From Eledone cirrhosa (Eukaryota), in contig OZ024741.1 of assembly GCA_964016885.1 (NCBI GenBank), forward strand, positions 245,210,001 to 245,274,000: a stretch of DNA of 64,000 nucleotides, in the 5' to 3' direction. A program made the position numbers and the translations under genes. Below the pieces are notes generated by a model, which did not search any database, had not been told where the DNA came from, and saw only the letters and a list, made by a program, of their open reading frames with translations. Of this stretch, positions 42,451-55,799 are shown piece after piece. Each line of letters begins with the position of its first letter. The first letter of the stretch is position 1.

Positions 42451-45400
42451 TTAAATTGATTTTTTTTAATGGATTTTTTTTTAATGGATTTTTTTTTAAT
42501 GGATTTTTTTTTAATGGATTTTTTTTAATGGGTTTTTTAAATGGATTTTTTTAATGGATTTTTTTAATGGGTTTTTTTTAATGGGTTTTTTTAAATGGAT
42601 TTTTTTTAATGGATTTTTTAAATGGATTTTTTAATGGCTTTTTTTAATGGGTTTTTTTAAATGGATTTTTTAATGGATTTTTAATGGATTTTTAATGCAT
42701 TTTTAATGGATTTTTAATGGATTTTTTAATGAGTTTTTTAAATGGATTTTTTTAATGGATTTTTAATGGATTTTTTTAATGGGTTTTTTTAATGGATTTC
42801 TTTTTAATGGATTTATTAAATGGATTTTTTTAATGGATTTTTTTAATGGGTTTTTAAATGGATTTTTTAATGTATTTTTAATGGATTTTTAATGGATTTT
42901 TAATGGGTTTTTAATGGATTTTTTTAAATGGATTTTTTTAATGGATTTATAATGGATTTTTTTAATGGATTTTTTTTAATGGGTTTTTTTAATGGATTTT
43001 TTTTTAATGGATTTTTTTTAATGGGTTTTTTTTTTAATGGATTTTTTTAAATGGATTTTTTAAATGGATTTTTTTAATGGATTTTTTTAATGGGTTTTTT
43101 TAAATGGATTTTTTTAAATGGATTTTTTTAATGGATTTTTTAAATGAATTTTTTTAATGGATTTTTTTAATGGGTTTTTTAAATGGATTTTTTAATGGAT
43201 TTTTAATGTATTTTTAATGGGTTTTTAATGGATTTTTTAATGGATTTTTTTAAATGGATGTTTTTAATGGATTTTTAATGGATTTTTTTAATGGATTTTT
43301 TTAATGGATTTTTTAATGGATTTTTTTATGGATTTTTTTTAATGGATTTTTTTTAATGGATTTTTTAAATGGATTTTTTTAATGGATTTTTTTAATGGGT
43401 TTTTTTTAATGGATTTTTTTTTAATGGATTTTTTAAATGGATTTTTTTAATGGATTTTTTTTAATGGGTTTTTTAAATGGATTTTTTAATGGATTTTTAA
43501 TGGATTTTTAATGGATTTTTAATGGGTTTTTAATGGATTTTTTTAAATGGATTTTTTTAATGGATTTTTAATGGATTTTTTTAAATTGATTTTTTTTAAT
43601 GGATTTTTTTTTAATGGATTTTTATTTAATGGATTTTTTTTAAATGGATTTTTTTTAATGGGTTTTTTAAATGGATTTTTTAATGGATTTTTAATGGATT
43701 TTTAATGGGTTTTTAATGGATTTTTTTAAATGGATTTTTTAATGGATTTTTAATGGATTTTTTTAAATTGATTTTTTTAATGGGTTTTTTTTAATGGGTT
43801 TTTTTAAATGGATTTTTTTTAATGGATTTTTTAAATGGATTTTTTAATGGCTTTTTTTAATGGGTTTTTTAAATGGATTTTTTAATGGATTTTTAATGGA
43901 TTTTTAATGCATTTTTAATGGATTTTTAATGGATTTTTTAATGAGTTTTTTAAATGGATTTTTTTAATGGATTTTTAATGGATTTTTTTCTATGGATTTT
44001 TTTAATGGATTTTTTAAATGGATTTTTTTAATGGATTTTTTTTAATGGGTTTTTTAAATGGATTTTTTAATGGATTTTTAATGGATTTTTAATGGATTTT
44101 TAATGTGTTTTTAATGGATTTTTTTAATGGATTTTTAATGGATTTTTTTAAATTGATTTTTTTTAATGGATTTTTTTTTAATGGATTTTTTTTTAATGGA
44201 TTTTTTTTAATGGATTTTTTTTAATGGGTTTTTTAAATGGATTTTTTAAATGGATTTTTTTAATGGATTTTTTTTAATGGGTTTTTTAAATGGATTTTTT
44301 AATGGATTTTTTTAAATGGATTTTTTTAATGGATTTTTAATGGATTTTTTTAAATTGATTTTTTTTAATGGATTTTTTTTAATGGATTTTTTTTTTAATG
44401 GATTTTTTTAATGGGTTTTTTTAATGGCTTTTTTAAATGGATTTTTTTAATGGATTTTTTTAATGGATTTTTTTAATGGGTTTTTTAAATGGATTTTTTA
44501 ATGGATTTTTAATGGATTTTTAATGGGTTTTTAATGGATTTTTTAAATGGATTTTTTTAATGGATTTTTTTTAATGGGTTTTTTAAATGGATTTTTTTAA
44601 TGGATTTTTAATGGATTGTTAATGGATTTTTAATGGGTTTTTAATGGATTTTTTAAATGGATTTTTTTAATGGATTTTTTATGGATTTTTTAAATTGATT
44701 TTTTTTAATGGATTTTTTTTAATGGATTTTTTTTAATGGATTTTTTTTTTTAATGGATTTTTTTTTAATGGGTTTTTTTAATGGCTTTTTTAAATGGATT
44801 TTTTTAATGGATTTTTTTAATGGGTTTTTTAAATGGATTTTTTAATGGATTTTTAATGGATTTTTAATGGATTTTTAATGGGTTTTTAATGGATTTTTTA
44901 AATGGATTTTTTAATGGATTTTTAATGGATTTTTTTAATGGATTTTTTTTGGGTTTTTTTAAATGGATTTTTTTTTAATGGATTTTTTTTAATGGGTTTT
45001 TTTAATGGATTTTTTAAATGGATTTTTTAAATGGATTTTTTTAATGGATTTTTTTTAATGGGTTTTTTTAAATGGATTTTTTTTAATGGATTTTTTAAAT
45101 GAATTTTTTTAATGGATTTTTTTAATGGGTTTTTTAAATGGATTTTTTAATGGATTTTTAATGGATTTTTAATGGGTTTTTAATGGATTTTTTAATGGAT
45201 TTTTTTAAATGGATTTTTTTAATGGATTTTTAATGGATTTTTTTTAATGGATTTTTTTAATGGATTTTTTAATGGATTTTTTTATGGATTTTTTTTAATG
45301 GATTTTTTAATGGATTTTTTAAATGGATTTTTTTAATGGATTTTTTTAATGGGTTTTTTTTAATGGATTTTTTTTAATGGATTTTTTAAATGGATTTTTT

Positions 45401-48400
45401 TAATGGATTTTTTTTAATGGGTTTTTTAAATGGATTTTTTAATGGATTTTTAATGGATTTTTAATGGATTTTTAATGGGTTTTTAATGGATTTTTTTAAA
45501 TGGATTTTTTTAATGGATTTTTAATGCATTTTTTTTAATGGATTTTTTTAATGGATTTTTTTTTTAATGGATTTTTTTTTAATGGATTTTTTTTTAATGA
45601 ATTTTTTTTAATGGGTTGTTTAAATGGATTTTTTAATGGATTTTTAATGGATTTTTAATGGGTTTTTAATGGATTTTTTAATGGATTTTTTTAAATGGAT
45701 TTTTTTAATGGATTTTTAATGGATTTTTTTTAATGGATTTTTTTAATGGATTTTTTAATGGATTTTTTAATGGATTTTTTTTAATGGATTTTTTTAATGG
45801 ATTTTTTAAATGGATTTTTTTAATGGATTTTTTTAATGGTTTTTTTTTAATGGATTTTTTTTTAATGGATTTTTTAAATGGATTTTTTTAATGGATTTTT
45901 TTTAATGGGTTTTTTAAATGGATTTTTTAATGGATTTTTAATGGATTTTTAATGGATTTTTAATGGGTTTTTAATGGATTTTTTTAAATGGATTTTTTTA
46001 ATGGATTTTTAATGGATTTTTTTAAATTGATTTTTTTAATGGATTTTTTTTTTAATGGATTTTTTTTTAATGGATTTTTTTTTAATGGATTTTTTTAATG
46101 GGTTTTTTAAATGGATTTTTTAATGGATTTTTAATGGATTTATAATGGGTTTTTTTAAATTGATTTTTTTAATGGGTTTTTTTAATGGCTTTTTTTAAAT
46201 GGGTTTTTTTAATGGCTTTTTTAAATGGATTTTTTTAATGGATTTTTTAATGGATTTTTTTTAATGGGTTTTTTAAATGGATTTTTTAATGGATTTTTTT
46301 AAATGGATTTTTTTAATGGATTTTTAATGGATTTTTTTAAATTGATTTTTTTTAATGGATTTTTTTTAATGGATTTTTTTTTTAATGGATTTTTTTAATG
46401 GGTTTTTTTAATGGCTTTTTTAAATGGATTTTTTTAATGGTTTTTTTTTAATGGGTTTTTTAAATGGATTTTTTAATGGATTTTTAATTGATTTTTAATG
46501 GATTTTTAATGGGTTTTTAATGGATTTTTGAAATGGATTTTTTAATGGATTTTTTTTAATGGGTTTTTTAAATGGATTTTTTTAATGGATTTTTAATGGA
46601 TTTTTAATGGGTTTTTAATGGATTTTTTAAATGGATTTTTTTAATGGATTTTTAATGGATTTTTTTAATGGATTTTTTTTAATGGTTTCTTTTAATGGAT
46701 TTTTTTTTAATGGATTTTTTTTAATGGGTTTTTTTTTAATGGATTTTTTTTAATGGATTTTTTTAATGGATTTTTTTAATGGATTTTTAATGGATTTTTT
46801 TTAATGGATTTTTTTAATGGATTTTTTAATGGATTTTTTTATGGATTTTTTTTAATGGATTTTTTTTAATGGATTTTTTAAATGGATTTTTTTAATGGGT
46901 TTTTTTAATGGATTTCTTTTTAATGGATTTTTTAAATGGATTTTTTTAATGGATTTTTTTAATGGGTTTTTTAAATGGATTTTTTAATGTATTTTTAATG
47001 GATTTTTAATGGATTTTTAATGGGTTTTTAATGGATTTTTTTTAATGGATTTTTTTAATGGATTTTTAATGGATTTTTTTAATGGATTTTTTTAATGGGT
47101 TTTTTTTAATGGATTTTTTTTTAATGGATTTTTTTAATGGGTTTTTTAAATGGATTTTTTACTGGATTTTTAATGGATTTTTAATGGGTTTTTAATGGAT
47201 TTTTTTTAAATTGATTTTTTTAATGGGTTTTTTTTAATGGCTTTTTTTTAATGGGTTTTTTAAATGGATTTTTTTAATGGATTTTTTTTAATGGGTTTTT
47301 TAAATGGATTTTTTAATGGATTTTTAATGGATTTTTAATGGATTTTTAATGGGTTTTTAATGGGTTTTTTAAATGGATTTTTTTAATGGATTTTTTATGG
47401 ATTTTTTAAATTGATTTTTTTTAATGGATTTTTTTTAATGGATTTTTTTTAATGGATTTTTTTTTTTAATGGATTTTTTTTTAATGGGTTTTTTTTAATG
47501 GCTTTTTTAAATGGATTTTTTTAATGGATTTTTTTAATGGGTTTTTTAAATGGATTTTTTAATGGATTTTTAATGGATTTTTAATGGATTTTTAATGGGT
47601 TTTTAATGGATTTTTTTAATGGATTTTTTTTTTAATGGATTTTTTAAATGGATTTTTTTAATGGATTTTTTTTAATGGGTTTTTTAAATGGATTTTTTAA
47701 TGGATTTTTAATGGATTTTTAATGGATTTTTAATGGGTTTTTAATGGATTTTTTTAAATGGATTTTTTTAATGGATTTATAATGGATTTTTTTAATGGAT
47801 TTTTTTTAATGGGTTTTTTTAATGGATTTTTTTTTAATGGATTTTTTTTAATGGGTTTTTTTTTTAATGGATTTTTTTTAATGGATTTTTTAAATGGATT
47901 TTTTTAATGGATTTTTTTTAATGGGTTTTTTTAAATGGATTTTTTTAAATGGATTTTTTTTAATGGATTTTTTAAATGAATTTTTTTAATGGATTTTTTT
48001 AATGGGTTTTTTAAATTGATTTTTTAATGGATTTTTAATGGATTTTTAATGGGTTTTTAATGGATTTTTTAATGGATTTTTTAAATGGATTTTTTTAATG
48101 GATTTTTAATGGATTTTTTTTAATGGATTTTTTTACTGGATTTTTTAATGGATTTTTAATGGTTTTTTTTTAATGGATTTTTAAATGGATTTTTTTAATG
48201 GATTTTTTTTAATGGGTTTTTTAAATGGATTTTTTAATGGATTTTTAATGGATTTTTAATGGATTTTTAATGGGTTTTTAAAGGATTTTTTTTAATGGAT
48301 TTTTTTAATGGATTTTTAATGGATTTTTTTTAATGGATTTTTTTTTAATGGATTTTTTTTTAATGGATTTTTTTTTTAATGGATTTTTTTTAATGGGTTT

Positions 48401-51400
48401 TTTAAATGGATTTTTTAATGGATTTTTAATGGATTTTTAATGGGTTTTTAATGGATTTTTTTAAATGGATTTTTTTAATGGATTTTTAATGGATTTTTTT
48501 AAATTGATTTTTTTAATGGGTTTTTTTAATGGCTTTTTTTTAATGGGTTTTTTTAATGGGTTTTTTAAATGGATTTTTTTAATGGATTTTTAATGGATTT
48601 TTAATGGATTTTTTTTTAATGGATTTTTTTTTAATGGGTTTTTTTAATGGCTTTTTTAAATGGATTTTTTTAATGGATTTTTTTTAATGGAATTTTTAAA
48701 TGGATTTTTTTAATGGATTTTTTTTAATGGGTTTTTTTAAATGGATTTTTTTTAATGGATTTTTTAAATGAATTTTTTTAATGGATTTTTTTAATGGGTT
48801 TTTTAAATGGATTTTTTAATGGATTTTTAATGGATTTTTAATGGATTTTTAATGGATTTTTTAATGGATTTTTTTAAATGGATTTTTTTAATGGATTTTT
48901 AATGCATTTTTTTTAATGGATTTTTTTAATGGATTTTTTTTTTAATGGATTTTTTTTTAATGGATTTTTTTTTAATGAATTTTTTTTAATGGGTTTTTTA
49001 AATGGATTTTTTAATGGATTTTTAATGGATTTTTAATGGGTTTTTAATGGATTTTTTAATGGATTTTTTTAATGGGTTTTTTAAATTGATTTTTTAATGG
49101 ATTTTTAATGGATTTTTAATGGGTTTTTAATGGATTTTTTAATGGATTTTTTAAATGGATTTTTTTAATGGATTTTTAATGGATTTTTTTTAATGGATTT
49201 TTTTACTGGATTTTTTAATGGATTTTTAATGGTTTTTTTTAAATGGATTTTTAAATGGATTTTTTTAATGGATTTTTTTTAATGGGTTTTTTAAATGGAT
49301 TTTTTAATGGATTTTTAATGGATTTTTAATGGATTTTTAATGGGTTTTTAAAGGATTTTTTTTAATGGATTTTTTTAATGGATTTTTAATGGATTTTTTT
49401 TAATGGATTTTTTTTTTAATGGATTTTTTTTTAATGGATTTTTTTTTTAATGGATTTTTTTTAATGGGTTTTTTAAATGGATTTTTTAATGGATTTTTAA
49501 TGGATTTTTAATGGATTTTTAATGGGTTTTTAATGGATTTTTTTAAATGGATTTTTTTAATGGATTTTTAATGGATTTTTTTAAATTGATTTTTTTTAAT
49601 GGATTTTTTTTTTAATGGATTTTTATTTAATGGATTTTTTTTAAATGGATTTTTTTTAATGGGTTTTTTAAATGGATTTTTTAATGGATTTTTAATGGAT
49701 TTTTAATGGGTTTTTAATGGATTTTTTTAAATGGATTTTTTTAATGGATTTTTAATGGATTTTTTTAAATTGATTTTTTTAATGGGTTTTTTTTAATGGC
49801 TTTTTTTTAATGGGTTTTTTTAATGGCTTTTTTAAATGGATTTTTTTAATGGATTTTTTTAATGGATTTTTTTTAATGGGTTTTTTAAATGGATTTTTTA
49901 ATGGATTTTTTTAAATGGATTTTTTTAATGGATTTTTAATGGATTTTTTTAAATTGATTTTTTTTAATGGATTTTTTTGAATGGATTTTTTTTTTAATGG
50001 ATTTTTTTAATGGGTTTTTTAAATGGATTTTTTAATGGATTTTTAATGGATTTTTAATGGGTTTTTAATGGATTTTTTAAATGGATTTTTTTAATGGATT
50101 TTTTTTAATGGGTTTTTTAAATGGATTTTTTTAATGGATTTTTAATGTATTTTTAATGGATTTTTAATGTGTTTTTAATGGATTTTTTAAATGGATTTTT
50201 TTAATGGATTTTTTTAATGGGTTTTTTTTAATGGGTTTTTTTAAATGGATTTTTTTTAATGGATTTTTTAAATGGATTTTTTAATGGCTTTTTTTAATGG
50301 GTTTTTTAAATGGATTTTTTAATGGATTTTTAATGGATTTTTAATGCATTTTTAATGGATTTTTAATGGATTTTTTAATGAGTTTTTTAAATGGATTTTT
50401 TTAATGGATTTTTAATGGATTTTTTTCTATGGATTTTTTTAATGGATTTTTTAAATGGATTTTTTTAATGGATTTTTTTTAATGGGTTTTTTAAATGGAT
50501 TTTTTAATGGATTTTTAATGGATTTTTAATGGATTTTTAATGTGTTTTTAATGGATTTTTTTAATGGATTTTTAATGGATTTTTTTAAATTGATTTTTTT
50601 TAATGGATTTTTTTTTAATGGATTTTTTTTTAATGGATTTTTTTTAATGGATTTTTTTTAATGGGTTTTTTAAATGGATTTTTTAAATGGATTTTTTTAA
50701 TAGATTTTTTTTAATGGGTTTTTTAAATGGATTTTTTAATGGATTTTTTTAAATGGATTTTTTTAATGGATTTTTAATGGATTTTTTTAAATTGATTTTT
50801 TTTAATGGATTTTTTTTAATGGATTTTTTTTTAATGGATTTTTTTAATGGGTTTTTTTAATGGCTTTTTTAAATGGATTTTTTTAATGGATTTTTTTAAT
50901 GGATTTTTTTTAATGGGTTTTTTAAATGGATTTTTTAATGGATTTTTAATGGATTTTTAATGGGTTTTTAATGGATTTTTTAAATGGATTTTTTTAATGG
51001 ATTTTTTTTAATGGGTTTTTTAAATGGATTTTTTTAATGGATTTTTAATGGATTTTTAATGGATTTTTAATGGGTTTTTAATGGATTTTTTAAATGGATT
51101 TTTTTAATGGATTTTTTATGGATTTTTTAAATTGATTTTTTTTAATGGATTTTTTTTAATGGATTTTTTTTAATGGATTTTTTTTTTTAATGGATTTTTT
51201 TTTAATGGGTTTTTTTAATGGCTTTTTTAAATGGATTTTTTTAATGGATTTTTTTAATGGGTTTTTTAAATGGATTTTTTAATGGATTTTTAATGGATTT
51301 TTAATGGATTTTTAATGGGTTTTTAATGGATTTTTTAAATGGATTTTTTAATGGATTTTTAATGGATTTTTTTAATGGATTTTTTTTGGGTTTTTTTAAA

Positions 51401-53300
51401 TGGATTTTTTTTTAATGGATTTTTTTTAATGGGTTTTTTTTAATGGATTTTTTTAATGGATTTTTTAAATGGATTTTTTTAATGGATTTTTTTTAATGGG
51501 TTTTTTTAAATGGATTTTTTTTAATGGATTTTTTAAATGAATTTTTTTAATGGATTTTTTTAATGGGTTTTTTAAATGGATTTTTTAATGGATTTTTAAT
51601 GGATTTTTAATGGGTTTTTAATGGATTTTTTAATGGATTTTTTTAAATGGATTTTTTTAATGGATTTTTAATGGATTTTTTTTTAATGGATTTTTTTAAT
51701 GGATTTTTTAATGGATTTTTTTATGGATTTTTTTTAATGGATTTTTTTAATGGATTTTTTAAATGGATTTTTTTAATGGATTTTTTTAATGGGTTTTTTT
51801 AATGGATTTTTTTTAATGGATTTTTTAAATGGATTTTTTTAATGGATTTTTTTTAATGGGTTTTTTAAATGGATTTTTTAATGGATTTTTAATGGATTTT
51901 TAATGGATTTTTAATGGGTTTTTAATGGATTTTTTTAAATGGATTTTTTTAATGGATTTTTAATGGATTTTTTTAAATTGATTTTTTTTAATGGATTTTT
52001 TTTTAATGGATTTTTTTTTAATGGATTTTTTTTTAATGGATTTTTTTTAATGGGTTTTTTAAATGGATTTTTTTAATGGATTTTTTTAATGGGTTTTTTT
52101 TAATGGGTTTTTTTAAATGGATTTTTTTTAATGGATTTTTTAAATGGATTTTTTAATGGCTTTTTTTAATGGGTTTTTTTAAATGGATTTTTTAATGGAT
52201 TTTTAATGGATTTTTAATGCATTTTTAATGGATTTTTAATGGATTTTTTAATGAGTTTTTTAAATGGATTTTTTAAATGGATTTTTAATGGATTTTTTTA
52301 ATGGGTTTTTTTAATGGATTTCTTTTTAATGGATTTATTAAATGGATTTTTTTAATGGATTTTTTTAATGGGTTTTTAAATGGATTTTTTAATGTATTTT
52401 TAATGGATTTTTAATGGATTTTTAATGGGTTTTTAATGGATTTTTTTAAATGGATTTTTTTAATGGATTTATAATGGATTTTTTTAATGGATTTTTTTTA
52501 ATGGGTTTTTTTAATGGATTTTTTTTTAATGGATTTTTTTTAATGGGTTTTTTTTTTAATGGATTTTTTTAAATGGATTTTTTAAATGGATTTTTTTAAT
52601 GGATTTTTTTAATGGGTTTTTTTAAATGGATTTTTTTAAATGGATTTTTTTAATGGATTTTTTAAATGAATTTTTTTAATGGATTTTTTTAATGGGTTTT
52701 TTAAATGGATTTTTTAATGGATTTTTAATGTATTTTTAATGGGTTTTTAATGGATTTTTTAATGGATTTTTTTAAATGGATGTTTTTAATGGATTTTTAA
52801 TGGATTTTTTTAATGGATTTTTTTAATGGATTTTTTAATGGATTTTTTTATGGATTTTTTTTAATGGATTTTTTTTAATGGATTTTTTAAAAGGATTTTT
52901 TTAATGGATTTTTTTAATGGGTTTTTTTTAATGGATTTTTTTTTAATGGATTTTTTAAATGGATTTTTTTAATGGATTTTTTTTAATGGGTTTTTTAAAT
53001 GGATTTTTTAATGGATTTTTAATGGATTTTTAATGGATTTTTAATGGGTTTTTAATGGATTTTTTTAAATGGATTTTTTTAATGGATTTTTAATGGATTT
53101 TTTTAAATTGATTTTTTTTAATGGATTTTTTTTTTAATGGATTTTTATTTAATGGATTTTTTTTAAATGGATTTTTTTTAATGGGTTTTTTAAATGGATT
53201 TTTTAATGGATTTTTAATGGATTTTTAATGGGTTTTTAATGGATTTTTTTAAGTGGATTTTTTTAATGGATTTTTAATGGATTTTTTTAAATTGATTTTT
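34330..53300. repeat. Tandem duplication, ~9.45-9.52 kb period, two copies (junction near 43780)
   Basis: AATGAG 34491/43943, GGATTGTT 35164/44618, TTTTGGG 35497/44951 and 41866/51388, GAAATGG 37077/46530, AAAGG 38812/48280, GGATTTATTA 42815/52337, GGATGTTTT 43260/52782. Confidence 0.9.
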
Positions 53301-55799
53301 TTAATGGGTTTTTTTCAATGGCTTTTTTTTAATGGGTTTTTTTAATGGCTTTTTTAAATGGATTTTTTTAATGGATTTTTTTAATGGATTTTTTTTAATG
53401 GGTTTTTTAAATGGATTTTTTAATGGATTTTTTTACATGGATTTTTTTAATGGATTTTTAATGGATTTTTTTAAATTGATTTTTTTTAATGGATTTTTTT
53501 GAATGGATTTTTTTTTTAATGGATTTTTTTAATGGGTTTTTTAAATGGATTTTTTAATGGATTTTTAATGGATTTTTAATGGGTTTTTAATGGATTTTTT
53601 AAATGGATTTTTTTAATGGATTTTTTTTAATGGGTTTTTTAAATGGATTTTTTTAATGGATTTTTAATGTATTTTTAATGGATTTTTAATGGGTTTTTAA
53701 TGGATTTTTTAAATGGATTTTTTTAATGGATTTTTTTAATGGGTTTTTTTTAATGGGTTTTTTTAAATGGATTTTTTTTAATGGATTTTTTAAATGGATT
53801 TTTTAATGGCTTTTTTTAATGGGTTTTTTAAATGGATTTTTTAATGGATTTTTAATGGATTTTTAATGCATTTTTAATGGATTTTTAATGGATTTTTTAA
53901 TGAGTTTTTTAAATGGATTTTTTTAATGGATTTTTAATGGATTTTTTTCTATGGATTTTTTTAATGGATTTTTTTTAATGGATTTTTTTTTTTATGGATT
54001 TTTTTTTAATGGGTTTTTTTAATGGCTTTTTTAAATGGATTTTTAATGGATTTTTAATGGATTTTTAATGGGTTTTTAATGGATTTTTTTAAATGGATTT
54101 TTTTAATGGATTTTTAATGGATTTTTTTAAATTGATTTTTTTTAATGGATTTTTTTTTAATGGATTTTTTTTAATGGATTTTTTTTTAATGGATTTTTTT
54201 TAATGGGTTTTTTAAATGGATTTTATAAATGGATTTTTTTAATGGATTTTTTTTAATGGGTTTTTTAAATGGATTTTTTAATGGATTTTTTTAAATGGAT
54301 TTTTTTAATGGATTTTTAATGGATTTTTTTAAATTGATTTTTTTTAATGGATTTTTTTTAATGGATTTTTTTTTTAATGGATTTTTTTAATGGGTTTTTT
54401 TAATGGCTTTTTTAAATGGATTTTTTTAATGGATTTTTTTAATGGATTTTTTTTAATGGGTTTTTTAAATGGATTTTTTAATGGATTTTTAATGGATTTT
54501 TAATGGATTTTTAATGGGTTTTTAATGGATTTTTTAAATGGATTTTTTTAATGGATTTTTTTTAATGGGTTTTTTAAACGGATTTTTTTAATGGATTTTT
54601 AATGGATTTTTAATGGATTTTTAATGGGTTTTTAATGGATTTTTTATGGATTTTTTAAATTGATTTTTTTTAATGGATTTTTTTAATGGATTTTTTTTAA
54701 TGGATTTTTTTTTTTAATGGATTTTTTTTTAATGGGTTTTTTAATGGCTTTTTTTAATGGATTTTTTTAATGGATTTTTTTAATGGATTTTTTTAATGGA
54801 TTTTTTTTTAATGGTTTTTTTAATGGCTTTTTTAAATGGATTTTTTTAATGGATTTTTTTTAATGGGTTTTTTTTTAATGGATTTTTTTTAATGGATTTT
54901 TTAAATGGATTTTTTTAATGAATTTTTTTTAATGGGTTTTTTTAAATGGATTTTTTTTAATGGATTTTTTAAATGAATTTTTTTAATGGATTTTTTTAAT
55001 GGGTTTTTTAAATGGATTTTTTAATGGATTTTTAATGGATTTTTAATGGGTTTTTAATGGATTTTTTAATGGATTTTTTTAAATGGATTTTTTTAATGGA
55101 TTTTTAATGGATTTTTTTTAAAGGATTTTTTTAATGGATTTTTTAATGGATTTTTTAATGGATTTTTTTTAATGGATTTTTTTAATGGATTTTTTAAATG
55201 AATTTTTTTAATGGATTTTTTTAATGTGTTTTTTTTAATGGATTTTTTTTTAATGGATTTGGATTTTTTTAATGGATTTTTTTTAATGGGTTTTTTAAAT
55301 GGATTTTTTAATGGATTTTTAATGGATTTTTAATGGATTTTTAATGGGTTTTTAATGGATTTTTTTAAATGGATTTTTTTAATGGATTTTTAATGGATTT
55401 TTTTAAATTGATTTTTTTTAATGGATTTTTTTTTTAATGGATTTTTTTTTAATGGATTTTTTTTTAATGGATTTTTTTTAATGGGTTTTTTAAATGGATT
55501 TTTTAATGGATTTTTAATGGATTTTTAATGGTTTTTTAATGGATTTTTTAAATGGATTTTTTTAATGGATTTTTTTAAATTGATTTTTTTAATGGGTTTT
55601 TTTTAATGGCTTTTTTTTAATGGGTTTTTTTAATGGGTTTTTTAAATGGATTTTTTTAATGGATTTTTTAATGGATTTTTTTAATGGGTTTTTTAAATGG
55701 ATTTTTTAATGGATTTTTTTAAATGGATTTTTTTAATGGATTTTTAATGGATTTTTTTAAATTGATTTTTTTTAATGGATTTTTTTTAATGGATTTTTT

